A stretch of 64,000 nucleotides of DNA from Mobula hypostoma (GCF_963921235.1 NC_086108.1:45510001-45574000), one strand, 5' to 3'; shown: positions 1 to 13,469, counted from the stretch's first letter. Notes: a model not told the origin generated them from the letters alone. Numbers and translations: made by a program.

Positions 1-3000
1 TGGATGCTGCCTGACCTCCGGTTCCTCCAGTATTTTTTAAATTACTATAAATTGCACCTTGCACATTTAGACAGAGATGTAACATAAAGATTTTTACTCT
101 TCATGTATGTGAAGGATACAAGAAATAAAGTCAATTCAATGTGTTGCTCTGGATTTGTTGGGGCTGGAATGACCTGAAGAGTTTTATAAAGTGAGGGTCA
201 CAGAGAAGGTGGATGAGCACTGTGTTTTTCCAAGGTTAGGAGAGTTTAAACCTGAGAGCATAGGTTTAAGGTGAGAAGGGGATTTGAGGGGCAAGTTTTT
301 CCATACAGAGGATGTTGGATCTGTGGAACAACTTGCCAGAGGATGTGGAATAAGCAGGTACAGTTACAAAGTTCAGAAGACATTTGGACACTGATGGATA
401 GCAAAGGTTTAGAGGGATATCAGTATGGATGTTTTCAGCCTTAGGGCCCATTTCCTTTGTGGATAACCCCATAACACTGAAATAGGCACAGAAGATATAG
501 AAAAATGGTTAACATTAACCTAACAGTAGCAATTTATTAGTTTACAAATGGGAATTATGTCAAGGATTTTTAATCTACATTACACCAGCAGGAAGCATTC
601 TAGTGGTGATTATTACATTAGTTGGGTCACATTGGGACCAATACTTTTGGCCCAAATAAGTGGCTGCCCCAATTAGCCAAAGTTTCATGGAAATAGCTAA
701 AAAGATATAAACAAGCCAAACTACCGTTTAACCGAGTAACAAATTATGTACTTAAATACAGCAGTTGTTATAGCCAGGGCTGATAGCGGGGATAAGCTCT
801 CACTACCTATTCAATGTTCCCAATGGCATGTATGTCAAACAGCTTCTGACAACTGAGTCCAGCTCCAGGCCTTCACTAAGCCCAGTGGAACCGTTCTGCT
901 GACGGGAAAAGGGGCAAAGGAGGGTTACAAGCACTCTAAAACCAGTCACGTCGGGCAGCTGGAGATCACCAGCCGAGGCTGGTAGCTCATCTAGGAGAAG
1001 GAAATCCCTGATTTCATATATGAACTGGTGCTTTCCCAGCATGTATGATGAATAAACCCTTCTTGGGCTTCTAGTCGTGTACAGGTATCAATTAAAATTG
1101 ATATCTGTACCTGGCTGGAAGCCTGAGGAAAGTTTATTAGTCTGATCTCAAGCCTCCGCTGCCTGGCAGCTAGATCCACTCATAGGTAAAGCTTTGGGAA
1201 TAAATCCCAAGGAAACAACTAGAGCTGGAGTCCCTAAGGCAGTCCTACGTTGCGTTCAACACAGACTGGCAGCTCCTGTGATACCACTGTTTACCAAAAT
1301 CCGTCAGTTTCTGCCATTCCTTTGGATTCATCAGCTGCATGGATACAGGGAGCCTGCTACATGGGCAGAAGTCCATTCTCCATATTGTACTGCTTTGGCT
1401 TGTGTATCATGTAGACAGCTAGAACGCAATATGCATGGTTAACCCCAACTAATAGAGAGCCTCAAGATTTAAATGAAATATAGAACAAATTAGAACACTA
1501 CCAATACCACTACAGTACTATAAAACTGTCTATTAGTTATCAAAGGAAGAATTCATCCAGTATACACTGCCACATCCTTCTGAATGACGGTAAATGAACA
1601 AAATCAGTGCAGACACTTAGTGCAGATAATGAACTACCTTCATACATTCCTTTGATGATTGAATCCTCTAAATCTTCATTTTTATTGTAACATGAAAATG
1701 CTACAATGCTTGTTTTGCTGCAAAACAGTTCTGAGTGATCTTACTGCTTATTTCTTGCCAACTATCAGTGACAAAAATCGCTGCTCTTTGAAGACAAACA
1801 TGCAACTGAAGCTATTTAAAAATTGTTTGCTCTAATCCTGGTGTGGTGTACTTGTTTACTTCTTCTTTCAAGTATGATTCTACTACTAAACCATGTGTTT
1901 GGAACCTAAGATTTGTATTTTGATGGTGTGTTTTTGGGCTGATTGAGTGATCTGGTGCTTTGCTGTCTCTGAGGTGGTTTGGTGAGGTTTCAGAGTACAT
2001 GGCCTGGAGGCCGGCAAGCCTGGAGAAGGGGCACAAACCATGATCGACTCCATTGCTTCTCTCCAACAAGGATGAAGTCAGTGAGGATAAGAACAGAGGA
2101 CAGGCGGGTGTTCAGTGCCACCTGCCTGCGTTTGACTGATCTACCTCCCGTTCTCACTAGCTACTGTCTGAGTGCAGGAGTCCTGGGATCCATGTTGCAA
2201 GAATTGATCAGCGAGGATGTGGACTTGTTTTGGAGGACTCTGTCGTTCATGTTGCGTGTGTTCCTGGATTCTGGTTACTCTTTTGTTTTTGTTGTTTTTG
2301 AACAGTTTGATCGATGTGGACTGGGGTGCATTGGTGAAGAGTGGCCCTACGGCCAGCAGTAGACTCGTGGTGCAGCGCTGAACTGAACTAGAAGTGAATA
2401 CTACAGGACTCCCGATTTGATGTTTGATACTCTCTGTGTTGTTCACTTCCTTTTTGCTGTTTGTACTACTTGTTCTTTTATTATGCGTTAGGTGTTTGAT
2501 GTTTTCTTCAATGGGTTCCATGGTGTTTCTTTGTTCCATGGCTGCCTGTGGCAGGATGAATATGAGTTGTATTCTGTATAAATACCTTGATAATAAATGT
2601 ATTTTGAACCTATGAATGACCACACGAGTGCACGCGACTTACGCTAGCTTAAAAACTGATTAGCAACAGTCTCCTGTCCCAGTTAAGCAGCATTGTGTCC
2701 CAAATAAATGAAGCGAACCCTGGCCATTATCTTTAAGAGTTGTCCCAAATAAACAGCTGTTCCTCTTAACCAATGGAGTAATTAACTGGAATACATCGTA
2801 TTATTATTTGTATTTTGTAAATTCATTAATTATATATTTCAAGATGTGACTTTTTAAAAGAAATACTTGGAATGCAAAACACCATCTGTGGTTAAAAAAT
2901 ATTGTTTCCTTTGCCACATTTGCCTGTCTTTTCGCTCTACAGAAATAGAACTAATAGCCTTTTGAGAAATGTGGCATGGTGATTAGAATCAACCGACATC

Positions 3001-3001
3001 T

Positions 3002-3081
3002 GAGAAATTTTTCCTTATTTTTGGAGATAACACAACACTGTCCAGTGCTGTGTTATCTCCAAAAATAAGGAAAAATTTCTC
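3002..3081. repeat. Near-perfect hairpin, 39-bp arms with a 2-nt loop
   Basis: 3002-3040 is the reverse complement of 3043-3081 with one mismatch. Confidence 0.95.
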
Positions 3082-3920
3082 TATAAACTCTAAAACAGTG
3101 GAAGTTACATCAAGAATAAGAATGTTAAATGCCAAGTTCAGAGAATTGAATTGTTGGTTTCTATTGTGTAATGCCACACTGATATTGACCTTGTTAATTT
3201 TAGCCTAGCATTCACCACTAATGTTTTGCAAGTTCTAGCAGTCATCTCAATATAATATGGTAAGCGCAATCTTTCCAGGTGACTCATAAACTGGGACACC
3301 ATCATAAAAATGACTTCCTTTTACCTACAGGATTCCACAGTGATGAAAAATGAGGAGAATACTCCCAGAGCGTCAGAGGAACCTTGCAACCAGGTGAAGA
3401 AGAATGCCAAAAGAAGGTATATTCTTTATTCAAAGACCATGAACAACCTTCAGGTTATATCATTGTTGCTACAGATGTCTCAAACAAAGTTGTAAGTTAA
3501 TTTTGGAGTCACAAAAGAAAAGATGTTGGAAATCTGAAATAACACAAAGGAGCTAGAGGAAATTAGCCCATTAAGAAGTATCAATCAAGGGAAATGAACA
3601 GTCAATATTTCAGATCGAGACTCTCCCAGACAACTTTGACCCACAGCAATTCACCTACCACTGAAACAGGTACAGCATCTGTGGCAGATGCCATCTCTCT
3701 GGCCCTGTTCTCATCTCCGTTCAGCAAAGTAACCCATGTTAGGCTATTGTTTATTGACTAGAGCTAAGCTTTTAAAACTATAATTTTGGGGAAAGTTGCA
3801 ATGTTAGGAAATGCTCATGTCTGTTCTGCCTGCTCCTGTAGACTAAAGCAAAAGTAGTTAAATTCTTCTCCTCTTGAGGGTAGAATTTGCATGACCTCAC
3901 TAAGGCAATAATGAGTCACA
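3043..3920 (-). pseudogene. env: Endogenous foamy virus env fragment A (TM ectodomain), decayed and split by an insertion at about 3507-3780
   Basis: Minus-strand pieces, joined across frameshifts, are collinear with PFV TM: EEKNLTTFALVYRSRQ (cf. RIARSLVYYVKQ), PKLTYNF (PKHIYLNN), IYLLLA/SSSPGCKVP (SYLVLASSTDCQIP), AKINKVNISVA (AKIKGIKIEVT), NILILDV (ELLRLDI). The insertion is flanked by the direct repeat TAATTTTGG (3498-3506 and 3781-3789). Confidence 0.65.
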
Positions 3921-4239
3921 AAATATGAAAGATTAGCTTTATTTGTCAACATGCTGCCCAAATGACCCTTCCTCACCATCTTGTCACAGCTATGTCAAAC
4001 ATGGAAGGAGGAGCTGAAATCCAGAGGTGAGACTGAAGATAGAGACACAACAGTCTACAGATCTGGAATCTGAAGCAAGAAAAAAGTCTGCTGCAGAAAC
4101 TTAGAGGGTCAATCAGCAGGTGTTGAGGGGGTGGAAGCTGGGAGAAGGGAGAGAGGAATTGTCAATGTTCTCGGTCAAAACCCAGCATGAGACTGAATGA
4201 CTAATAACATTTGATTAAGCTAAGAAAGAACAGCCAAGC

Positions 4240-5100
4240 AGCCAGCAACTGGACGTTGAAGCAACACAGCAACAACCTCTTACTCAATGTCAGCAAGATG
4301 AAGGAGGAAACCAGAGGTCCATGAGCCAGTCCTCATCAGAGGATTAGAGGTGGAGAGGGTCAGCAACTTTAAATTCCTTGATGTTATCATTCTTGAGGGC
4401 CTGTCCTGGGCCCAGGATGTAAGTGCAATTATGAAGAAAGCATGGCAATGCCTCTATTTCCTTAGGAGTTTATGAAAATTCAGCATGACATCTAAAACTT
4501 TGACAAACTTCTATGGATGAGTGGTGGAGAGTATATTGACTGGCTGCATCATAGCCTGGTATGGAAATGCCAATATCCTTAAGTGGAAAATCCTACAAAA
4601 AGCAGTGGATATGGTCCAGTCTACCAAGGGTAAACACCTCCCCACAATTGAGCACACCTACACGAAGCACTGTTGCAAGAAAGCAACATCTATCATCAAG
4701 GCTTCCCATATCCCAGGTCATGCTCTCTTCTCAATACTCACACCACCAGGTTCAGGAACAGATATTATCCCTCAACCATTGGGCTCTTGAACCAAAGGGG
4801 ATAACTTCACTCCACCAGCCCCATCATTAACATGTTCCCTCAACCAATGGACTCATTTCCAAGGACTCTTCATCTCATGATCTTGATATTTTTTGCTTAT
4901 TTATTTATTATTATTATTTCAATGATTTTGTATTTACATTTTGTTTTCTTTTGCACAGTTGGAGCGGTTTTCTTTGATTCTACCATGGTTATTATTTTGT
5001 TACGAATTTACTGTGAATACCTGCAAGAAAATGAAACTCAAGGTTGTATATGGTGACATATGTGTACTTCTGATAATAAATTTACTTTAAATTTTGAACT
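4240..5100 (+). mobile_element. Rex1/Babar-type LINE 3' fragment, decayed
   Basis: ORF 4521-4790 has the ESILTGCIIAWYG...IIK..HPGH C-terminal motif; the tail is AATAAA...(TTTGAAC)n. Confidence 0.8.
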
Positions 5101-5109
5101 TTAATATTG

Positions 5110-6655
5110 AGAATAGTAAAGAAAAAGATGGAGATGCGTATCAGGCAGGAAGGAGCAGACGAGGTACTTGGAGCAGTATGAGAAATGCAAGAGAACACTT
5201 ATGAAGGAAATCAGGAGGGCTAGAAGAAGGTGTGAGGTTGTTCGAGAAGACATGCCGAAGGAGAATTCTGACAGCTTCTACAGATATATTAGGGACAAAA
5301 GAATAGCAAGGGATAAAATTGGTCCTCTGGAAGATCAGCGTAGTTATCCGTGCATTGAGCCGAAAGAAATGAGGGATGTTATAAATGGATTTTTTGTATC
5401 TGTATTTACTTGGGAGATCCTATAGCAGTGAAGTCATGGACCTTACACAGATTACAGATAATTGCAGGGCCTTAGAAGTGATACTGAAAACGTCCTTAAA
5501 AATGGATGAGGTGCTGGAGTATTGGAGGATAGCTAATGTTGTTCTGTTGGTCAAGAAAGAATCTAGGAATAAGCTGGAAAGTTATAGGCAGTGAGCCTGA
5601 CATCAGTAGATTGGTAAGTTATTGAGGTATTCAAAGGGACCAGTTACTGTATATACAGTAAGTATTTGAATAGACAGGGACTGATTAGGGATACTCAAAA
5701 TGGCTTTGTGATGGTAGCTCATGTCTATCCAATCTTATAGAGTTTTTCAAGGAAGTTACCAGGAAAGTTAATGAAGACAAAGCAGTGGGTGTTCTCTACA
5801 TGGACTTTAGCAAGGTATTTGACAAGGCACCGCATGGGAGATTACTCAAGAAGGTTCAGTTGCTCGGCATTCAAGATGAGGTAGTAAATTAGATTCACCA
5901 TTGGTTTCATGGGCAAAGCCAGAGTGTGGTAGTAGATGGTTGCCTCTCTGACTAGAGGCCTGTAACTAGTGGTTGGAGGAATAACACCTTATATTCCGTC
6001 TGGGTAGCCTCCAACCTGATGGCATGAACATTGACTTCTCAAACTTCCACTAATACCCCACCTCCCCCTCGTATCCCATCCGTTATTTATTTATATACAC
6101 ACATTCTTTTCCTCTCTCTCTTTTTTCTCCCTCTGTCCCTCTCACTATACCCCTTGCCCATCCTCTGGGTTTTCCTCCCTCCCCCTTTTCTTTCTCCCTG
6201 GGCCTCCTGTCCCATGATCCTCTCATATCCCTTTTGCCAATCACCTGTCCAGCTCTTGGCTCCATCCCTCCCCCTCCTGTCTTCTCCTATCATTTTGGAT
6301 CTCCCCCTCCCCCTCTCACTTTCAAATCTCTTACTAACTCTTCCTTCAGTTAGTCCTGACGAAGGGTCTCAGCCTGAAACGTCGACTGTACCTCTTCCTA
6401 GAGATGCTGCCTGGCCTGCTGCGTTCACCAGCAACTTTGATGTGTGTTTATTGAATACAAGCGTCAGGATGTTATGCTGAAGTTGTATAAGATGCTGGTG
6501 AGGCCTAATTTGGAATCTTGTGTGCAGTTTTGGACATTTAACTACAGGAAAGATGTAAATTAGATTGAAAGAATGCAGAGAAAAATTACAAGGATTTTTG
6601 TCAGGATTTGAGGACCTGGGCTAGAGGGGAAGTTTGAATGGGTTCGGAACTTCAG
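5110..6655 (+). mobile_element. CR1 LINE ORF2 fragment, decayed, interrupted by a Penelope piece
   Basis: Motifs FYRYIRDKR, WRIANV..L.KK and YMDFSKVFDK match the intact CR1 ORF2 in this window. Confidence 0.85.
5975..6447 (+). mobile_element. Penelope-like element 3' end (GIY-YIG endonuclease C-terminus plus terminal repeat)
   Basis: Reads EE*HLIFRLGSLQPDGMNIDFS, typical of the Penelope GIY-YIG C-terminus. A pyrimidine tract follows, then the CCTGACGAAGGGTCTC..GAAACGTCG terminal motif. Confidence 0.75.
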
Positions 6656-6845
6656 GCTGAAATCATAGGCAGACAACACCACCAACCATCGATGGCCTGT
6701 GGCATCGCCGAGGTCAGGATATAAGTTAGGGGATTTTTATCCGTCCGCACCTCAAACCTGTCACCATAGAGGTAGTCACTCAGCTTATCCACCACAGCCC
6801 ATTTCAACATCAGAAACTCCATCTTGGGCGTGGGATAGTTTTTCT

Positions 6846-8098
6846 CATGCAGCCCTGAATGAATGGTGTGAAGTGGTTCAGTGTGCTGGACTTGAGGAGT
6901 GCATATTAGCAGATCCCCATGAGTGAGGCCAACAAAGAGAAAATGGCATTTAGATGTCCTCTGGGATTTTCCCAGTTTGAAAAGATGCCCCAGGGCATCT
7001 CGGGAGCTCCTGCAACCTTCCAGCGGGTCATGGAGAAAATGATGGGGGATATGAACTTGCTTGAGGTATTGGTGTATCTGGCTGACCTCACAGTGTTTGG
7101 ATCCACCTTGGAAGAACGTGAAGCGAGGCTACTGAAGGTGCTGGGCTGCTTGAAAGCTGAAGGGTTAAAACTTTCCCTGGACAAGTGCCAGTTCTGCAAG
7201 ACGTCTGTTAGCTACGTTGGGCACATAATCTCATATATTGGAGTAGCTACAGATCCATCTAAGACAGAGGCAGTGACCACCCGACAGGGCGACAGACTCC
7301 AATTGAAAACCACAACAAGTCTCGACCCGGTGCCCTGATCCTGATACAGTACACCCACTAAGCCCTCTCTGCTGGCATCCGTATGCAGTACATACGGCAA
7401 TCTGGGGTCTGCAAAAACCAGCATCTCCTTCAGCAACTGAAAGACCTCTTCACATTTCACATCCCACCTCAGTCCAAAAGGGCTAAGATACTCTTTACCC
7501 TCCTCTCCTTTTGTCCTCCTCCCTTGCTTCCCCAAGGGAGGGTAACCACACAGACCCGGTTTCAACAGGTGACTCACTTTCGCATGGCCCGTCACGAACC
7601 TCCAATAGTAAGCACAGACCCAAGGAACGAGTGCAAAGTGCTCACAGTCTCAGGCCTTGGCCGGGTGGTCACTGCCTCTGTCTTAGATGGGTCTGTAGCT
7701 ACTCCAGCTATGAGATTATGTGCCCAACGTAGCTAACAGACGTCTTGCAGAACTGGCACTTGTCCAGGGAAAGTTTTAACCCTTCAGCTTTCAAGCAGCC
7801 CAGCACCTTCAGTAGCCTCACTTCACGTTCTTCCAAGGTGGATCCAAACACTGTGAGGTCAGCCAGATACACCAATACCTCAAGCAAGTTCATATCCCCC
7901 ATCATTTTCTCCATGACCTGCTGGAAGGTTGCAGGAGCTCCTGAGCTGCCCTGGGGCATCCTTTCAAACTGGGAACATCCCAGAGGACATATAAATGCCA
8001 TTTTCTCTTTGTTGGCCTCACTCATGGGGATCTGCTGATATGCACTCCTCAAGTCCAGCACACTGAACCACTTCACACCATTCATTCAGGGCTGCATG
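6846..8098. repeat. Inverted duplication of about 435 bp of the Gypsy RT
   Basis: About 6846-7281 (+) is the reverse complement of about 7664-8098. ORFs 6919-7338(+) and 7708-8085(-) give nearly identical peptides. Confidence 0.92.
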
Positions 8099-8819
8099 TC
8101 TTAGATTCTTGGGACTGTATACTGGTTGGGGATGGTACACCTGTTCAGAGTCCTATAATCCACACACATCCGTACCTTCCCATTCTTCTTTCTGACCACT
8201 ACTATTGGGGACACATAGGGGCTTCGGGACTCGGTGAAGGTCATGCTGCTGAACGTCTTCCACCTCATCAGGGGCCAGATGCCACAAGCTCTGTCTGAAC
8301 GGGACGTCTTTGGTCACCCAGGTAGTGTGACGAGTGCTTATGGAACAACCCACATCAAACTCGTCAGTGGAAAAGACACCTTCCAGCTTCAACATCTTCT
8401 CTACCAACCTCCTCTTCCAACGCACAGGAACCGGGGAGTCCCTGAGGTTGAATGGCTCAGTGGTCAACTTGTTCCCCTTTACAGAGGGTTTCTCCCCGGC
8501 TTGTCTCACTTGGACACTAGACATTACCGTCACCGGAATCAGATGCGCCAGGGGCATCCGCCACTTGAAAGTGGCCTCCCTCTTCATTGTGTTCCTGACA
8601 ATCACTGCCATCCTGTTTGCCTGTACAACCGAGGGCTTCTGCAGCTCGGGCCTCACCAGGAACCCAGCAGGTAATCCCGACTCCTCCACATGGTCTTCCG
8701 GAGCGCCCGCTGAGAGGCCTTGCCCTCAGGGGTTCTGGGAAATTTGGAGGTCCCCATCACTCTCGTAACTTCCCTGGGCCGTAACACGATTGGCTTTAAC
8801 TGGGTGAACCACACAGTGT

Positions 8820-10686
8820 TGCATGGAGCGACTGAGGAGAACCCAAGTGCAGGGCACAGGCATGGAGACTTGACATGGAGACAGATTTGGACATGACTTG
8901 GACTCGGAACTTGACTTGGGGTCGGAGCCTAGAACTGGACTTGACTTGGACTCGGAGCCTGGAACTGGACTGAACTTGGACTCAGAGTCTGGACCTGGAA
9001 CACAGAGCCTGGAACTGGAACACGGAGACGACAACACCAAACAAAGACTACGTCCACACTACGCTGGATAATTTTGAAAACTCCGGTTTCAAGTGAAAAC
9101 GACAGGCGTCCGCACTAGGCGTTTTTCAAAATATCTCCGTCCACATTAGGCAGATATTTGGGCGAATCTCCTCCTACTGGGCATGCGCAGGACACACAGA
9201 AAGCAAGTGAAGAGGAAATGGTATACTTGGTGCGCGTTTGTCCAGTTACAGACTTGAAAAACTTAAAAGGAATTGCTCTTGGCTCTCGCGCAGGAGGACT
9301 TAAAACTAAAAAAAACAAATACTGGAGCGTATGGAGACAACCGACAGGGAGTTCACAGACAGTATGAGCCAGCTGACGATGAACATTGAAAAACTGACTA
9401 ACTCTGTTGCATTAATAAAGCACCTTGTTAAATATATAAAACATGACTGTGTCAGTGTTATCTTGTATTTCTATACAATGTTACATTAGGCTGTTACACA
9501 TCTGTTGTCAGAGAAGTACTTGCATAAATAGGTAAACCACCTTGGTTCTTGGTTCTTGATCCTCCAAACTATACCGCATGGAATTTAAACTGGAGGTGGC
9601 GGAGGGTGTTTTCTGTCCTTACCTTCATACAAGCAAGGACAGAAAACAGGGCAAAGTGAGTATACTTATTTATTCAGTAAGCTATGGGTCGAAGTACTTG
9701 GTGAGTACATTTCTAACTCTTTTGGCTTCAGTCTCGTTGCTGTCTGTTCTGAAATTGTTAGGTTCTGCGAAGCGCAGAATCAAATATTGCTGTGATTGTA
9801 CGCTCTAGTATCAATTGTTTGGTGACAATAAAGTAATAATAATAATAATAAAACAATGAAATGCCGCGCTGCCGCCATCTGTTCCGGCACGTCATGACAG
9901 CGTTTTAAAAAGCTCCGGTTACCCCGTATACACTGCAACGGATATTAGGCATTTTCAGATTTATTCACTCCGGAGACCGTTTCTGAAAATCTCCATTTTT
10001 GGGGGCTAAAAACGCTGGTTCAGTGTGGACGGAGGGTCAAAACGAAGAGAAAAAGTTTCATTTTCAAAATTATCCGGCATAGTGTGGATGTAGCCAAAGA
10101 CAGACGATTCATATCTTGGCTCGGAGGAGTGGCAAACGGCCAGCAATCCTCAGCTAGACACAAAGAGACAGAATTCCCAACTCGGAGTAGTGGCAAATGG
10201 CCAGACCTACTCAGCTGGAAACGAGATAACAGAAACCACACAATGACAGTCCATTTGTATCTAGACACGGAGAAGCTCATGAAGACGGTCCCTTATTCTT
10301 GGCGGCTCGGAAGATGGTCCCTTATTCTTGGCGGCTCAGATTGGTGACAATCAGCCAGCAAATCTCAGCCCAACATGAAAACGACAGAATTCGCATCTTA
10401 ACTCGGAGTAGCGGCAAAACGGCCAGCAACTCAGCTGGACACGAAAATGACTGAATTCACTAAGCAGCTGCAGGCACCGAAGCAACTTAGAGTCCACAAT
10501 TCTCGGCGGCTCTGGGACGAGCATAGCCGCACTGGCTCCAGTGATGAACCAGCAGCGAGTAGATGTAAGCCGGAGTTTTATGCTGCGGGTTCAAATGAGG
10601 ATCAGGTGACCTAATCAAGGAGCCCAGTGGAACACGGGGAAAATGAAATTAAAGGGAAATGAGTAGTAAATGGACTGGACCGTGAC
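8820..10686 (-). mobile_element. LTR-like element nested in the Gypsy pol, same family as the LTRs at 21391 and 38194
   Basis: Ends GGACCGTGACA (reverse complement TGTCACGGTCC). Shares the GAACCCAAGTGCA and GACTTGGACTCGG short repeats with the other copies. The left boundary is approximate. Confidence 0.6.
9046..10095. mobile_element. Non-autonomous PIF/Harbinger-type DNA transposon
   Basis: TIRs GACTACGTCCACACT and AGTGTGGATGTAGCC, 3-bp AAA flanks on both sides, longer subterminal inverted similarity, no transposase. Confidence 0.75.
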
Positions 10687-13137
10687 ATGCAGTCGTTCGT
10701 CTAAATTTGGTATCCGGCTCAATGCAGCCACGCACTTCCTCAAAAGCAGTTCGAAACACCGGGTGCACGAACAATGTTCGCAGAAGGCTCTTGCCAGCCT
10801 TCTCCTTGCAGGCCCCCATGAGCCTCCTCACAAGGGGGGTGTTGGTCCCCACCAGAACTGAAAAGTCGCCCTTCTCAACGGGGTCCAGACAAACCAGCAC
10901 TAATGTATCAAAGGTCTCAGACACTCCCACATCAGCCTCTGAAAACTCCTGCTTCATTGACAAATAACCATCATATGGATAATCACTAGCACTAAGACCC
11001 CAGGTCTCCAGTGCACCGAATGCTGTCAACGGTAAATGCTTCAGATACCGGTTGTAAAATGAACAGTACAACAACGTGACTTGTGACCCAGTGTTGAGTA
11101 TGGCTTTAGCATAAATACCAGCTATCCATAGTGATACACTGGAGTATGGCCCCACTAAGCCTGCAGGAATATGGTCTTTTGCTTTCGGGGGTTCCTTGGT
11201 ATATTGCTGGGAACGTGTTCCCCCAGAAACACCAGGCCGTTCCCTCACTGGGTCTCCTCTAAGTTTTCCTGACGTCTCTCTCTGTTTAGGTATCCGGGGG
11301 CTCACTCTCCAAGGGGCTCCCGCCGCTCACACTCCCGCCTGAAGTGTCCCCTTAGGGGGTCTGCCTCTCTATCAGTCTCATCATATGGGGGGACCACACC
11401 CGCTGTTAACAACCGGGACATCTCAGTTCTCAACTCGGCCACGACCTCCTTTCCCACTCCCCAGGTTGGGGTAGCCGTGGTCACTTCACCACAAGGGGCT
11501 ACTTCCGAGGACTGTATCCTGCTGACGGAACCCTCACGCATCTCGACGTGTTCTTCTCCTCCCGTACCTCTCTGATCAGCTCAATAAAAGAGGGGGCACG
11601 TCTTACGAGATAGTTGGAGACCCCAAGCGATCAGGTCCTGAGACTGGGGCGTCCTTTGCTATCTGGTCCATTCTTAACTGATCCACCTCAGCCGCCTGAA
11701 TGACCCCACTGCACCACAAACAGCTTAGCTGCCTCGCTAGCCGAGAGATGTAGGCAGAAAGCTTCTCCCTCTTCTCCTGCCGCATGTTCTGAAACCCCGT
11801 CTTGAGCTCCATTGGGCTTCCTGTTGTACCAAATGCATTTTCCAGTGCTCACATGTAAGCGGCAGTGTTAGGTAGGGGGTACTGGGTTTTCACAGCTCTC
11901 ACCATGTCAGCAGCCTGCCCCCTCAAACTCTCAACCAATCTCTGTCGCTTTACATCATCAGAGCACTGCCACTCATCTAACAACTGAGAGGTCTGCTCTG
12001 CCCATCTCATGTTCCTCTTCCCTCCCGGGGGTGGGCGTTACTCCAAAGAATATTCTTAGCTTCTGGTGGGGACCCTGTGCCTGTGCACTGGGCCACTTAT
12101 TCACCAGGGAGGTAAGGGCTGATGCCAACTCAGAACTCTCACTCTGCACTGGGGGACGGGGACTAACTATACATTCCAAATCCGACCACTCCTTCCCCTC
12201 ACTCCTCAGAAATGAGAGAACCCTGTCTTTGAAGTCTCTGCCCCCAGCTACAGGAAACTCAACTTATGAATCAGCCCGCTCTGCTACACACTCCTCCTCC
12301 CGGAAAGTATGGACAGTCCATGGCCCCACCTCACCTGGGGCCCCAATAGTACCAGGCAGTTCCACTGCCAGTACATCAGCACTAGTCTGCAGTAAAATGA
12401 GGTCTGTGCCTGCCATACTTCCACCCCGCAATCATAACTTTGCCGACAACTTTAACAGTACTTAACAGGCGAATTAACAATTCATCCGGAGTACGAATAT
12501 CTAGCCCACTCAACAGGCACGCATTTCTTACTGGTAACCCCATGGATACACACCACCGCTCAACTCCAGCAGCATCCATGCTAGCACAGACTTAAACACA
12601 CAACCCAGTGGTTCAATGTTCAGGGCAATCACACAGCATCCAATGACATCAATCCCGGAATGATACCCCAACAATTGTAACCCCCCCACCCCCCACCCAG
12701 GTTCGGCAGGCTGTGTTAGTCTAGGGGAAGGCAGTCGAAACCCCCACCGAACTGGTGAATTCTCGTTTGTGTGGATGCTGCATAATGTGTTCCCCTGTTA
12801 CAACTCAGTACCATGAAAGATCAGACGGTACACCATATGCAATTAAACAAATGAGCTTTATAATTCTTAAGTTGGCTATAGGGTTAGTACAGAAAACAAA
12901 AAGAAAAAGGGCCCATTTTAATGGAACAGTCTATTGTGCATGTTGGAGCTTACGGTTTTCCATCCTTGGATTCTCCATCGATTTCCTCTGAGTGTCGCTG
13001 ACTCCCGGACTCTCACTCCAAGTCCACTCCATCCTGAGGTCTCCTTTCCCGTCTTCTCTCTTTATCTCTCACCGACAAAAGACTGCGAATACCTCCTCTC
13101 GGACACACAAGAAAGAAACAACACTCCCCTCATTGAA

Positions 13138-13345
13138 CAACACACATCAAAGTTGCTGGTGAACGCAGTAGGCCAGGCAGCATCTTAGGAAGAGGTACAG
13201 TCGATGTTTCGGGCTGAGACCCTTCGTCAGGAAACGTCGACTGTACCTCTTCCTAGAGACGCTGCCTGGCCTGCTGTGTTCACCAGCAATTTTGATGTGT
13301 GTTGCTTGAATTTCCAGCATCTGCAGAATTCCTGTTGTTTGCGTT
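13138..13345. mobile_element. Penelope terminal-repeat hairpin inserted in the Gypsy LTR
   Basis: Inverted arms of about 70 bp (13138-13210 and 13231-13304) match the Penelope end at 6350-6447. Flanking duplication ACTCCCCTCATTG lies at 13123 and 13351. Confidence 0.75.
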
Positions 13346-13469
13346 TTAAAACTCCCCTCATTGGATGGCACACATTCCAAAGCCCCTGTTATCCCTAGTC
13401 ATAACCCAAACACTGCTGCTACAGGGAAACCATTATATTAGCAGTGAAACCTTACAGAGCGTTACATTG

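Larger units (their letters stand above)
6660..13466 (-). mobile_element. Decayed Gypsy/Ty3 LTR retrotransposon with PNMA-like gag, protease and RT/RNase H pieces, 5' LTR and tRNA-Pro PBS
   Basis: Gag N-terminus MDAAGVERWC..ACLLSG (12382-12579). Protease AILNTGSQVT (D to N, 10649-11305). RT LDLRSAYQQIP..RMPQG..VYLAD (7708-8085). RNase H LHTDAS. LTR TGTAAC...GTTACA at 12676-13466, followed on the minus strand by TGGGGTATCATTCCGGGAT (tRNA-Pro-like PBS). Confidence 0.88.

Noticed and set aside
3331..3416. Plus-strand host exon candidate (DSTVMKNEENTPRASEEPCNQVKKNAKR) with AG/GT ends
   Set aside because: The opposite strand is collinear foamy Env TM, and the peptide matches no protein I recognise.
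11300..12579. Domesticated PNMA-family gene
   Set aside because: It is frameshifted and still linked to an LTR, PBS, protease and RT, so it is an ordinary decayed Gypsy gag.
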